NCBI GenBank assembly: GCA_002269645.1
Contig: NIVC01001028.1
Coordinates: forward strand, 61,462-125,461
DNA length: 64,000 bases
Direction: 5' to 3'
Source of the DNA: Macrostomum lignano
Lineage: Eukaryota
Shown: in pieces, positions 1-13,149 of the stretch
Layout: each line of letters opens with the position of its first letter
How positions within the stretch are numbered: the stretch's first letter is position 1
The notes under the pieces: generated by a model
Seen by the model: the letters and a program-made list of their open reading frames with translations, nothing else
What the model was told of the DNA's origin: nothing
Database searches by the model: none
Position numbers and translations under genes: made by a program

Positions 1-189
1 ACTGATCTGACAAGATCCAGCAGAGAAATGTGAAAATATACGAAAGTCTTTTTTCTGATATACAGTTGGAAATTTTGTTTTCTCTTTACCTAATAAGTAT
101 TTTCTAAAAATCACGAATGTTTTCTACGTACTAAACAATAAAAAATGGCTTGCAAAGATTTGTAAGATCTTGTAAGACAAAAGCAGATA

Positions 190-1720
190 CAGATCTGCTA
201 AGAAATTTAAGTAAGAACAGATCTGCCAAGAATGAGTAAACAGAACTTCATCTAGGGTAGAGCCAAAGACAGGGCAGCAGCATCAGTCAGTACCAAGACC
301 TCGCCGCCTGAACAGATTCAGTGGAATCAGGCCAGAGCCGAAACCTGTTCACTGCTTCTTCTGCAACCAGCCAGGACCCATTAGGCCTCAGGCAGGACAC
401 CAGTGCCGAATCAACTTCAACCGGCACGCCCAGCAGAAGCCACCCTAAGAAGACTCGTACACAGGAGCGCGAATCTGAAAGCTATTTGTAAATATGTTTC
501 AAATATGCAAAAAATATAAAAACGAATAAAAAAATTCAGAAAACCAAAAAAAAAATATATTTGTTTAAGAAGTATTTCGTCTGCATACTGCAATGTACTG
601 ACCAAGTAAGCCGTCTAAAGTTCGTTAAATAGCTAAAAATTTAGGAGGTAACCCTTAAAAGGGCCGTTTGACCTTAAAAGGGCCGTTTTACTAAGAAACT
701 TATTTAGGAAAGCCAGGGAACTGCAATTTCGGACTGAAAACATTGAAGGAAGATTATTTTACTCAGAGAAGTTGACGAGAAGTTGATGCTGAGAGAATTG
801 TGCAGAATTGTGCGAAGAGAATTGTCGAAAAGATTGGATTGCAGAGATTGGCATGACGCGCGGACAGCTACGCATGCTGACCAATTGCGGATTGGCCAAA
901 GGCAGAAAGAAGAGGCCGATGACGCTTTCAGAAGAGCCAAAAAAGGTTCAGAGAGTCAGGCCATGCAGGAAAGGAAGGGCAGTAAGGCCTAAAGAGCAGA
1001 TTAATACAGAATTTCTATGATTCTACTGACGAGGCCAAACTGAGATAGCGGAAGGAGATTCGAGATTTGAGAATTTGTTAAGAGTTGTAGGACCCGTGAC
1101 AGTAGAGCTGTAGCTGGCATGAGTTCAGCAGAGAAGCTTTCGAGAGGTCAGGGTCGAGTTGAGATATTGAGTCGAGAAATTGTTGAGTTGAGATGAGATG
1201 AAATGAAGATGAGATTTCGAAGAGAAGCTGTGAGAATTTGCAAAATTGTTCGAAGAAAAACAGTAATAATCTGACTCCAGTGCCGAAATCCGAAATTGAT
1301 TTACCAGAAGAAATTAATAATGATAATTTAGAACCAGCAATAGTGCCAACTAAGAAGAAAGAACAGCCGAAGCCGAAGAAAAGAATTTGCCATAGACAAA
1401 AAGAAGTTAGAATTCCAGAAGTTCAAATTTTAGAGGAGGAAAGCTCAGACGAAGAAAACAGAATTCAATGGAGAGTATTCGCAGATCCGAATTCGCAGAG
1501 TGAAAACGAAGGAAATGAGGAATTGAACAGTGAGAATACAGAGAGAGCGACTGACTCAGATGAGCCATCAGAAGAAGAAGAAGGAGCATTAGAGTTAGAG
1601 GAGGAACGAGTTCAGCCAGAGAATAGGTATAACTTTAGGATGACTCAGCGAAGGAGAGAAAGAGAAGGCGCGACAGGATTTGTGCCCCGAAGGCGCTACG
1701 CGAAATATTTAGCACCTTAA
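190..1720 (+). mobile_element. Degenerate LTR-retrotransposon-like internal remnant (gag knuckle-like motif, integrase-tail-like ORF)
   Basis: 353-394 translates CFFCNQPGPIRPQA, a broken CX2CX4HX4C knuckle. About 1080-1110 gives VVGPVTVEL, GPY/F-like. ORF 1238-1720 is an acidic low-complexity tail with RYNFR, like Gypsy integrase C-termini. No RT or integrase core is visible. Confidence 0.35.
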
Positions 1721-2030
1721 ATCATGACGTAAGCAATTTCCCATAAGAAACAGTGTTAAATAGTTAAAATTCCGTATTAGAATTACTTATCTGCTTATAA
1801 AATTTGACATGCTGTACATAGAGCGAATCTGTAAATACCATATTAATCTACAAAATGCGATCTTTAATTTGATACTTTACTCAAGAAAATCTATCAAAAA
1901 ATAAAAAAAGTTATAAAAAGAAATAGAAAATCCATAAAAATTTAGTTGCCAAATCTGTCAAATCTGACATGCCCCGCCCCACGCGCGAGGGGAGTGCTTC
2001 GAAGAGGTCCAGTTTTTCGGCCCGCCAGCC

Positions 2031-2038
2031 TATAAATA
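2031..2038 (+). promoter_or_regulatory. TATA box upstream of ORF 2122
   Basis: CCTATAAATACG after a GC-rich patch, about 90 bp before the ATG at 2122. Confidence 0.4.
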
Positions 2039-2121
2039 CGAGCACCCCGCAGGCCCCACAGATCCCATAGCTCACTGCTAGCTTCCTTTCTATTCTAAGA
2101 GCCATTCGCAGAGAAATCAAA

Positions 2122-2802
2122 ATGAACAACTCTATTGACATCTTGGACGAGTTAATTGGCAATCTGTCAGACGATATGGAGCCCCAGCCAGCGCCCAACA
2201 CCGACGAAAATGAGGCACCGCTTCGATGTGCAACACGTCCAAAGGCGCCTGGTGTATCCAGCAAACGGCCAAGAACATCATCGCCAGCTTCATCGCCTTG
2301 CCGCCAAATGAGGGTCGAAGGCCCCGAGCAGAAGCGCGCCGCCCTGGTGGCAGCACAGGCAGCTGCGCCCGTGCGCTCCTATGTTGTCAAGGCCACGCCA
2401 GGATCGTCGACATCAAGCCGAACGCAGCAGTTGGTGTCACCGCCAGCTGCCCCATCATCGAGAAAGACCCCGGCACCACGGCAGAAGAAATCGACAGCTG
2501 CGACACCGCCAGCTCAGCAGCCAGCGTCGCAGCCGAGCCTGCAATCAGCGCAGCAGTCAGCGCTGCAGCCGAGCCTGCAATCAGCGCAGCAGTCTAGCCA
2601 GCCATCAGCACTACAGCCGAGCCAGCAGCAATCGAATTCGCAGAGAGATTTTCATCGCATCGTCCGAGAACTTGTGGAGACTCGCGGAGCAGAGGTGGAA
2701 AAGCTACGCTTCCACATTGAGCAATACGCACTGAAAGTAGCGTACCACCGATCCGACAGCCGACAGCGCTACCCCAATGCTCGCAAATTTGGACACACCT
2801 GA
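2122..2802 (+). CDS. Orphan 226-aa Pro/Ser/Gln-rich ORF with internal QPSLQSAQQS repeats
   Basis: ATG-initiated, GC-rich island within AT-rich DNA, with an upstream TATA box. No family recognised. Confidence 0.4.
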   Translation: MNNSIDILDELIGNLSDDMEPQPAPNTDENEAPLRCATRPKAPGVSSKRPRTSSPASSPCRQMRVEGPEQKRAALVAAQAAAPVRSYVVKATPGSSTSSRTQQLVSPPAAPSSRKTPAPRQKKSTAATPPAQQPASQPSLQSAQQSALQPSLQSAQQSSQPSALQPSQQQSNSQRDFHRIVRELVETRGAEVEKLRFHIEQYALKVAYHRSDSRQRYPNARKFGHT

Positions 2803-4312
2803 AGTTTCTGAGGGATCAATTCAGTTACCAGGAAGCTGTCGCTGTTCTCCAGGACGTCGCCTATCGCCTCCAGCGAGCTATAAGAGCCAACCCGCCGCCA
2901 GCGCTGACGGTCCTCGACGAAGAGTACCGATGGTTTTTCGCTCAAGTCGGCTGGCCCTACTATCGCGACCTCCCGGAGCCCTGCATGTTTATCTGAACTA
3001 TTGAGGTGAACTAACTTTTGCGTTGCCTTTAATAACAATTTTGCCTTTTATAATACTTTTATAATAGTTCGTTTTGCTTCCATAATAGTTCTCACTTTAA
3101 TGGTTTACCTACATAATAGTTCTATCACAACCATTTTATGCACCAATCGTTTTAGCACTGAATTGTGTTTTCTGCACCTTGCTTTGCACCTTTTCACCTG
3201 CATTTTCCTACGATATCAATTTTTCACTGTATACATATAATATAGTATTTCGTTCAAAATTTGATATATAGAGGAGGAAAGTTGTACTAGTGCTATGCCT
3301 TTATCATAGTATACTCGAATGTTCTTTCAATGTAATAACTGTATATTCGAATCTTTCTTAGAAACTGAATCTACGCGAACGCCAAATAATAGTTTGTTTT
3401 AATGCGCGAAATAAATTGGAGAATTATTTTTTGTTTTAATCGTATGTGGGGAAAATCACTATATATAGGAGCGGTTTCGCGACAAATATACTCTAACTGT
3501 CTTTTACTCGTGAGCAAATAATTGCGAACAGAATAAGCAGTTCAATCTAAATCATTTCAAAGTCTTTGAGCTAAATAGCGACTTATTTATTTGCAAAACC
3601 TGTGAAACGATTCTAAGAAATTTGCTAAGAGAAGGGAATTGGGACTAATTCTTGGAGATATACCAAGAGAGGCGCCGTGACCCTCTAGTCTCGGTGAACG
3701 CCCGATTAGGACTATACACTAATACATATACCAGTACTAGACCGCTCAGGCCATAAGCTACTAGAACGCTACCAGAAAGCAAGCCATAAGCTACCAGAAA
3801 CGCTACTAAGAACGCTACCAGAAACGCTACTAAGAACGCTACCCAGAAATATTTAAATGAAATTCTAAGAAATAGTTAGGGAGTAAAAGCAAGTATAATC
3901 AGGATAACTGTAGTTGGCAAATCGGTGGGATTAAAATTGATAAAGTAAGAGGTGAAAGGCCTGTAACAACTTTGGTAGCAGCTCGTAGGATATTTAATAA
4001 ACACTAATAGTTAGAAGTTTAGAAAGACAGAGCCAAAAGGCCTGTCACAAAGTCTAAACAAGAAAAACTTTTGGTTATGTCTTTGACTTTATTGACTTGA
4101 TTTAAATATGACAAAGACAAGGAAGATCAATATAATAGAAATAGGGCTTATGATATAGACCTTAGATATGCAAAAAATTAATTTATGGAGAATATGAATT
4201 GCAACAAAAATTTATAAATTTGTGTAACGCTTTGAAAAAGGAGCCGCAGCAGTTTCTATACTAGTTAGGGCCTATGTTACATGCCACAAAATGTCACAAA
4301 TCATTTATTTTA

Positions 4313-4704
4313 CGAAGAGCTTGCGTGCACGGCCGCCGTTCACGTAAGCTCAGAATTGCGTGCACGGCAGAGCTATTATCTTATAGGCTTACAGTAAGTC
4401 ATATACTATTCGAATTAATATTCAAGTTAACAAAAAAACAAGGAATTAAGATTACATTTGCAGTCCATGGTGTACGGGGGATAAAACATTATAAAACAAT
4501 ATAGTAAAAATATTTTTTAATTAGGTTTGCCAATGCCAATGCGTGGATTTAAGGGCCCAGTCACGGCCAATTGCCGGCTGCCGTGCACGCAATTACAACA
4601 CTAGGTGGACGGCTGCATACATGCAAATAAAGCACTAGGTAGATAGCCGCCGTGCACGCAATTCTGAGCTTACGTGAACGGCTGCCGTGCACGCAAGCTC
4701 TTCG
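4313..4704. mobile_element. MITE, Mutator-like (9-bp TSD)
   Basis: About 56-bp TIRs starting CGAAGAGCTTGCGTGCACGG with one mismatch. Flanked by the identical 9-mer TTTATTTTA at 4304-4312 and 4705-4713. Confidence 0.85.
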
Positions 4705-5006
4705 TTTATTTTATTCTAAACAGTTAGTAAATTTAAGCAGAACTCTCTGTTTTTACACAGTTAGAGTTAAGCTTGAAATTAGAAATCACTTTGTTTGTTA
4801 CTTCGTCTCTGAGGCTTTTCATTTCATATTGAGGTGGGGGCGGAGAAGAAAATAAAAATTTGGAAAAAATTGAAATACAGGTTGTGTAATAGTGCTCAAT
4901 TTGCGTGCGCGTGCACTTCTAGTGTTTTCGGTTGTTTTCTCCGTATTTCTTTCTGCGTCACCCCACCCCTGCGTATAGCCTTTCGCGAAATTTCTTTTCG
5001 TTTCTG

Positions 5007-5145
5007 ATTGGCTGTAAACGCGTTAATAACGAGCCCCAACCAATAGAGTGCTTAGTGCTTACCCTGTCGGCGAAATCCGATTGGTTAGGATTTTCTAAGC
5101 TGCGTTTTTCACCCTTCCCTCCCCCATCGCGGTCAGTCTATATAA
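5007..5145 (+). promoter_or_regulatory. Promoter-like cluster: three CCAAT/ATTGG boxes and TATATAA
   Basis: ATTGG at 5007, CCAAT at 5040, ATTGG at 5080, TATATAA at 5139-5145, in a CpG-rich patch. No downstream gene recognised. Confidence 0.35.
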
Positions 5146-6509
5146 TCAAGCAAGCTGGAACGCAAATAAATCAAGTTTCTCCGGTTAAGAAGTCCCCGGA
5201 AATTCAAACTCAAGAATACGCGGCTACAGTTGTTTGGGTTTTCTTCGAAACCGGTTAGCGTTGCGTTCGCACGAATCAAGCCGGAAATCGCACCGATGAA
5301 TCGCAACGAAATTCTTCTCCTGTTTTACTCCGACAGCCGGGGTCCTCAAGTTCCGGGGGAGGGTAGTCGTAATCGTAGCGGAGCGGTCGTGTAGCGGCGA
5401 GGTCGTTCAAGTCGATGAAACACTGTAATCGGAGATTCCCTGACTCCGTAAAATAATGCGTCGAATAGCTGAGTTTGTTACTTTCAGTAGGGTAGTTGCT
5501 GCCACCACCGTAATTTACGTATTACGGAACGGATAAGTCTCAGAGCTATCTTTGAGATGAGAACTTGGTTGTTTTACGCCCCACGGGCAAATGACTCAAA
5601 TAAATACTATGGCTTATAGTTTAATGAATAAATGGGGCTTATCGTTTATTAAATGTTCCTTAAGATGGAATTGAGCAGGCTTACTAATTATTATTAAAAT
5701 ATTAATGACTACGAGCGAGTGTAATTCGTCGGCGGCGCCGGATAATTAGAAACTGGTTAAAACGAGAGAAATGCGCAGAGGAAAATGTTTAAAACAGAGC
5801 CAGAGTCGAGCAGAGGGGAAAAAACTCTTACATTATCGCACCAAAAGGTAGGGTTTATATAGCAGGTAAAAGTAGCTCTCCCGCTGGAGCAGTGACGGGA
5901 CTAAGCAATGGATGCGCACTGCACAAGCGCTGGATCGAGCAAAAAATAAACCGTGGGGAGCGCATTCCAACAAATGAACCAGCACCTGGGAACGAACGCG
6001 CACCGCGTGGAAAATACAATGGAAAACGCAATGGACGCAAATCCAGACTCTGGAGGGCAAACAAGGGAACACCACACGGGCAGTTCCGACAGGCAAAATT
6101 TGTCACCGTTTCGAACTTCAAATCAATAGTGGCATCCGCCTGCCACAATATTACTAATTCCAGAATCAGAATCGGTTCGGATCTTCCAAGAAAAACAGCA
6201 GTATAACTATTTAATTCTGTTGAATGTTTGACTGCCTTAACAGCCTCACTTTGCACAATTTTTCACTTTCTTCTTGGCGATTGTCATTCAATAATAAAAA
6301 CTTTATAGCACGTATATCCCTCTAGTTATGGAGACAAAAAGTTATATTTCACAAATTGGTTCTGGTTCTGGAACCAGAACAAGCAATATGAAAAGGCCAA
6401 TGTATGTTGTCTGTATGCACAAAATGCATGCCTGCATGCAGGATTCGCACATGATGTTTATTTTTTTGTTCTGACTGAAAGCAAAATATCATGCAGCAGG
6501 GAAACGAAA

Positions 6510-7395
6510 GAATGCTCATTTTGTTATTTGTCCGGTTAAATTGATATTTTATGCTACAGAAACTACAAGCCCAAGGGTGAATATTCCTGGAATTCAACAG
6601 ACTTCTCACTTGTATATTGATTAGGCTATTAGTTGTTTTATTGGTATATGTTTTATATACCAAATTATGCTGAATCGCATATGTATTACACATATCTGCT
6701 TGTGCTTTGCTTGCACTAGTATATATATATAACGAAATATTAATCAGGACAGGAGAAAAGGACTTAAAATTCTAGAATATTTATCACTAAACAAATAGAT
6801 ACTTGTGTTAGCAATTTAACTAGACAAATAGGAAAAGCCATTTGTCCAGTCACCTGACAAATAACTGCCATTTTATTTTAATAGGCCTATATATATTAAA
6901 CATTTTTCTTTTTTGTAGTAATAGTAAATTAAATTAAATTTAATATTATTGTCATAGGCCTTAGCTCTATTTCCACCCCACCATTAACACTAAGTTGTCT
7001 TAAAGCTTTTGTTTCTGCACTAAAATTATCAGATATCAGTTGTTTTAATTTAGGCAGTTGTTATTTGTCCGGTGACCAGATGAATAGGCCCTAGCCTTTT
7101 TGCTATTTGTCTGGTTAAATTACTAACACAAGTATCTATTTGTTTCGTGATGAATATTTTAGATGTTTAAGACCTTTTCTTGTATACTGATTAATTTTCT
7201 TTTATACTAGACCTAGTGTAAGCAAAGCAGTGTATTCAGTTTGGCATAATTTGGTGTATAAGACCTACACTAGTATAACAACATAATAATCAAGATACAA
7301 GTAAGAAGTCTTTGAAGTCTAGGAATATTTACCCTTGTAGTTTCTATGAAATAGATATTTTAGCAATATTAATTTTACCGGACAAATAACAAAAT
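6510..7395. mobile_element. Decayed foldback/long-TIR element
   Basis: About 6510-6845 is the degenerate reverse complement of about 7090-7395. Example: AAATAGATACTTGTGTTAG at ~6792 versus CTAACACAAGTATCTATTT at ~7125. Confidence 0.6.
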
Positions 7396-10199
7396 GCCTA
7401 TTGATTTGTCCAGTATTAACCGGATGAATAGGAAAGCATGGTCATTATCCAGTAACTGGAAAAATAACCACATCGCTATTCATCTGGTCACCAGACAAAT
7501 AACAACTGCCTTTAATTTAATAATTATAATATTCTCTAGGCCTAGGCTATAGTAGGCTTATAACTAGGCCTACTTTAAATTTAAGCCTTTTTGATTTTTT
7601 AGATATTTCTATAGTAGCAAGCAGTGCCCAAGTAGCAACACATTTTTTTTATTAAATCTAGGAAATTATGGCATTCCCTAGGCCCTAGACTCCAGAAAGT
7701 TACCTAGGCCTATATACCAGAATTTTCTAGCATATTATTGGCTATATTCCAGATCATGCATAGGCCTATGCTAAGTTTAATGCTGGAAAAATGACAAGAT
7801 CTCATTTGTACACTAGGTTTATATGCTAATATAAAAAAGTGTCATTTGACACCATTGTATTTGCTATGTCATATATGCTAGGATATACCCTGATACATAC
7901 ATGCACAACCTCCAAAATTTGGTTGACCATGCAACTTAGTTTTAACAAAATGCGACATAGTTTTTGGCCAAAATTGTGACTTACATATAAAAAACCATTA
8001 AGCAAATTTAACGCAACTTTAGGTAAATGGCAGGAGTAACTATGACCATCTTGTTAAGACAAAATGCCTCATCAGCTACTTAGTAGGCCCTACTACTACT
8101 TAGGTATTTTTTAGATGGGCATTTTTGCAACTTCCTTGGTTGGCCAGATCGGCCGATTGTTGCACATGTATGCCCTGATATATGCTGAAAATGGTAAGAC
8201 CCTTATTGTACGCTAGAAAATCCTAGTGTATATATTACCTTTCAAACTATGGTCGTATAGACCATTGGAGAGTTTAGCTATTTTGGCATACAATTATGAG
8301 CTTAAGATTTTTTGATGCAGGGGACCTACATTCTATAATAATTTCCTTTTAAAATTTTTGCATATGCATGTGCATTTTAATGACAATGAAAGTTGTTACT
8401 AAAATAGTATTGACGACTAAGATTGATTATGCGTGTGCCATAGTGTTGAGCTATATACTTCAAAGAAAGGTAAAACTAGTCAGATAGTTAATCGTTGCAA
8501 AGAGAAGAAAAGAACAGGAAAATTTATTGTTTGAGCCATTAAAGTTGAAAAGAAAATAATGCAAAATATATAAAATATAGAGTGAGCGGCAAACACGCCA
8601 ATGCATAAGGAAATGCATGGACAACACAAGACAATGAAAGGACCCATGGGATAGACCAACAAAAAAGCAGAGGACCAAAGTAGAAAAAAAAGAAAACGAA
8701 AAAAACCAACAGGGGGACATGGGAAGACTATGGACTGGGAATGGAAAGCCATAACTAGGACTAGGAAAATGATAAAAATAGCCCTGGGGTTAAAAATAGT
8801 TCTAGAACTGGTCCTGAAAAAAATACAAATTTCATGCAAAAATGTTTCATTCAACTTCCAATGTTTCAAATATAGTGGCAACTGCCTGCCACATATATGA
8901 GGGTGCCATGCAGCATTAGGGCAAAATGAGCAGTTAGCCACTGCTAATGGATACTAGCCATAGTTGGCAGGCACTTAGCCACCTCAATTTGCAGGCTACA
9001 TGCCTCTTTTAGCTCTGTTATAGGGCTCAGTTCTTGTCAGGCAAGTTGGATTCATTGCTGTAGCCAAACTGGCAATTTGGACATTTCAACAAAGTTGCTT
9101 AATGCTTGCCAGGATCTCTTGGCATCTAACGTGCCTTATAACTAGCATAACTAGGCTGCAGCAGAGGCAAAGTTGCTAGCCAGCCATTTCTGACTGCAGC
9201 TGCATGCCCATAAGACTGGCTTTGTTTTTTTTGGCTAGGGCTGCCTCCTGCGATGGATGCTATCTGGCCAGATGGCTCTAGACACCATAGTCATTCACAA
9301 AGCATGGGCCAGGGCAGCTTATGATCACCCAGCATAGAAGTTCCATGAGAATAGCAGGCTCTGGCTGCAGTGTTGATTCACATTGGCTAGCGCATTCTTT
9401 GCCTCTTGGCTAGTCACAACACTAGTATCACTAGTGTGTCACTTGTCAGTCAGGCTCTAGTAAACTCAGGAACTCTTGTTTGTCAAAACTAGGGTGGCAT
9501 GTACATTGCTCATAAATTGATCTAGCCAAACATTGGTAGTAAGTCCATTGAGCCATGTGGAAAAGTGGAAAATTGGTAAAAAGGGTAGTATGTTTGATTA
9601 AGAAAAACTCTAAAAAATAGAAGTTTTCATGGAATAAAGATGGAAAGGTTCAAAAGATTATAAAATTTTGTTTCAAAATGATTTTATAAGAGAATCAGTC
9701 AATGTTGACAAAAGTTATATACATTTTAAAGTTTTTGGTTTTTTTCTCTAAATTTCACATTTGTGATTTTTTTGTCTATGTTGCTAAAAAATGACAACAC
9801 ATAAAAAAGGAGAAAGGTGTAGTAAAACAATGTTAATGATAATAGATAGAAAAGACAATAAATTTTACTTTTTATAGGTTTTTTGAAGAAATTTTTATGT
9901 ATTGTAAAATTTCATTTAAAAACTTTAAACAACTATTTCTACTAATTAATCTAGTCCCCCAATTGCCGGCACCTGTTTTTTGTTTTAGAATTTTTTATAG
10001 AATTTAATTGTATTATTCTTTTTACTTTTTGGTCTCTACCTTTACCCACATAGTGGTCTAAACATGACCCCCCAACAATATGTATGCATAACCATTTATT
10101 AGCAGTGGACTTTCTTCTTCTTTTTTCTTCTGTTTTATTATCCAAAATGGCATACAAACAAGAGGAAACAATGATCTTATTGCCAGATCTTAGGCCTAT

Positions 10200-10760
10200 T
10201 ACAACTCCAATGATGGTACCAATGGTTGCATTATGTCTACGAGTATTTTAGACAATCCTGTTGAGCAAAGCATACATTAGGCACATAAAGCTGGCTAAGG
10301 CTGAGCTTAGTTCTATCAGCATAACATTATAGGCAAATTGTCCGCAGTGCAGCATGGTGAAGGCAGTCAGGTCTTGATCTTCTGGATACAGTGAAATCTG
10401 ATAGTAGCTGCTATTCATATCAAAATTGCTAAACAGCTGGCTTCCTTCAAGGCTAGCAAATGCTTCTTAGATGTTAGGAATTGGGTATAGAAAGTACTTA
10501 CACTTTTGGTTCAGACTCCGAAAATCTTGTACAATCCTCAGGTTTCTGTTTTTCTTTGGGATGATCACCAGTGGGGTGTTGTAGCTAGAAAAGCTCAGTC
10601 AAATCATGCCTTTGGCAAGTAGATTGTCAAGCAGCTAGTGTACCTTGGGCAACAGATGCAGCAGAATCCTTTGTTTTGGTAGATGTACAGGATCTCTATC
10701 CTTTAGCATGATGTTGTAAATGACTAGGTCAGTTCAGCTGAGATTGTGTGGCCCTTGAGA
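10200..10760 (-). pseudogene. Gypsy/Ty3 reverse transcriptase remnant
   Basis: Minus strand reads SYNTPLVIIPKKNRNLRIVQDFRSLN...YPIPNI and DLTAFTMLHCGQFAYNVMLIELSSALASFMCLM. These are decayed versions of the RT motifs SPYNSP..PKK..LR...DYR.LN and KTAF..G.FEY.VMPFGL.NAPA.F. Stops and frameshifts present. Confidence 0.75.
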
Positions 10761-10879
10761 GAAGATGGTCTTGTATTTCTTCAATTCAATAGCTCGATGA
10801 CTTGATGACTTTGCCCCTTGTTTACCAGGTCAACTAACACTTGTAAATATGCATGTATATATTTATATTATTGTTGATA

Positions 10880-11269
10880 TTGGTTTTTGCGAGCTATCTC
10901 AGCCAAGGAGCAAGCAAACTCATCCATCCCATAGATTTTAATACGACAAAGGAGGTGGTTTGAACCATAAACTATCACGTTTTTTCAACCAAACTCATCC
11001 AACGGGCAAGCAATCTCAGCCATAGCTTGTCTATTAAGCGAAAAATTTAATTGGTTTGTATATAAGAGACTTTATGATAGAGCAGCACATGAGAGGAAAT
11101 GAGGAAATGAATGGGCAGACAAGCTATGGCTGCGATTGCTCGCCCGTTGGATGAGTTTGGTTGAAAAAACATGATAGTCTATGGTTCAAACCACCTCCTT
11201 CGTCATATTGAAATCTATGGGATGGATGAGTTTGCTTGCTCCTTGGCTGAGATAGCTCGCAAAAACCAA
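10880..11269. mobile_element. MITE, Tc1/mariner-like (TA TSD), about 153-bp TIRs
   Basis: TTGGTTTTTGCGAGCTATCTCAGCC...(10880-11032) is inverted at 11117-11269. TA on both flanks. Confidence 0.85.
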
Positions 11270-12380
11270 TATTTACATATAATTGAAGATTACTAAAAAT
11301 ATTTTAAACCTTTTAGGACCTAAAATATATTATTATAACTGTTAAAATCAAATGAGAAAATCATAAGCTAGGCCTGGCTATGAGCATACATGTTTATAAA
11401 TTTAAATGTTTAAATAAAAAGCTTTTAATATATACTAATGGTTATATAATATATATCATATATGTTCATAGGCTTTTTGATTAGGCCAAATCAATAATAA
11501 GAGTGATTATAAAATGGCTAGATATTAGACAAAAGCATCACAATAAAATTTTAATTTATCAACTTATATTTTTAGCTAAAAAAGCCATATCTTGTACCAA
11601 AAACTATATTTTGGCTATTCAAATCTAGATCTTATGGGACCATTTGGTATTGGGATTGGGAAATCAAAAAGTTAGCATAGCAAAAGAGTCTAGAACCTTT
11701 CTAGAAGAAATAGTAGATTTGCTAAAATGGCACCAAAGTAGAAGTAGAGATTCTAAGTGCTTTCGTCTATCATGCTGCAACAACTTGTAAGTGTCTACTT
11801 TAGCTTAGAGAACCATCTTTGGCTTATAGGTTGTTATAAGCAGTGACAGATAGATGGCAGGCAATTAATGTTTAGATTAGAAACTAAACTTTCTTGCAAG
11901 GTTGTGTAACAGACCTCTTTGCTCTCTGTTAATAATTATACTGCTGATACCAAAATTGTTATAGGTTGGGGGTTACTAACTTTATTGTATTGCTAAAACT
12001 AGATTATTACAGGGGATTTTCGGGAATTTCTTAGGATTTAGGGAGAAATATGGAAATATTATTACTAGAAGGAGTAAGCCTGAGGTTGCTCCTATTGGCA
12101 TAGTGTCCAAGCAGCAAGACACTGTCTATATTTCTATCAGCTAATATTAGTCCAAGGGAGGGCTACGTGACAGATCAAGTTGCCTGGGAAATAGAGTGCA
12201 CTAACGGGGAATTTCAATGGCTAATAGAGAATTCTTGCATGGAAGATATGTTGTCTAGTAGGGAAGGAGGCAGCATGCCTAATAAGGGACTAGAATTAGA
12301 AGGAGATTAGGCAGACAGAGAATCCGGCAGGGGAGTTGACAGAATGTCAGTCTGGGCTGGAAAGTCTAGGGATTCGCCGA

Positions 12381-12823
12381 TTCACCCAAGGGAAGAGAGA
12401 AGGCTGTACGCTCTTTGGAGAAAGTAGGCAGAGACTGCATATCTCTAAATAAACAAGGCTGACTCAAAGGCTATTTTTAGAATAAACTGTTCTTTTGGCG
12501 CCAGGCCTAATAGCAAACCAGCAGAAGTTGATCCTTAATGGAAGCTTTCATGCTTATATTTATAGTCAGTTTACTAAAAATGGCAAATAGTTTTAAACAA
12601 AATATTCTTATTATAAAAGTTTTATCAAAGGAAACACCTGTTCAACTGGGGGGGGGGAAGAGCGGCCAATTCGCCCAAGGGAAGAGAGAAGGCTGTACGC
12701 TCTTTGGAGAAAGTGGGCAGAGACTGCATATCTCTAAATAAACAAGGCTAACTCAAAGGCTATTTTTAGAATAAACTGTTCTTTTGGCGCCAGGCCTAAT
12801 AGCAAACCAGCAGAAGTTGATCC
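12381..12823 (+). repeat. About 154-bp direct duplication (12381-12534 and 12670-12823)
   Basis: Near-identical copies about 289 bp apart. Each contains TGGCGCC, possibly a PBS remnant of the adjacent minus-strand Gypsy relic. Confidence 0.85.
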
Positions 12824-13149
12824 GTTTCTGTAGTTGTCACATGCTAGGTGGGAGATACTATTGCTCTTCCTTTGACTTTGTACACTGTTGATTGAATCAG
12901 TTCAATCTGATATTCTGGTAAAGAGTCTTTGAAGACACATGACACAGTGATTGGAGATTTTTTGTGGTTTATTTTATTTGAAATTATAGCTGATGATATG
13001 ATAGCTGATGATATGATGATAAATAAAAAAGGTCTCCAGGACTGTAAAAAATAACTTCATTCCTCAGTTGAAAAGATGGGTGAATTCTGCACTACAAGAC
13101 TGATATCTCTCATAGCAGATACTAAATGATAGCTAGATGATAAAAGTAA

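Noticed and set aside
5833-6256. Overlapping ORFs of 87-133 aa
   Set aside because: No recognisable motifs, mostly non-ATG starts, and no splice support.
11640-12350. Possible gag/protease remnants of the minus-strand Gypsy element
   Set aside because: Only faint motif resemblance (GHYAN, IDES); too degenerate to call.
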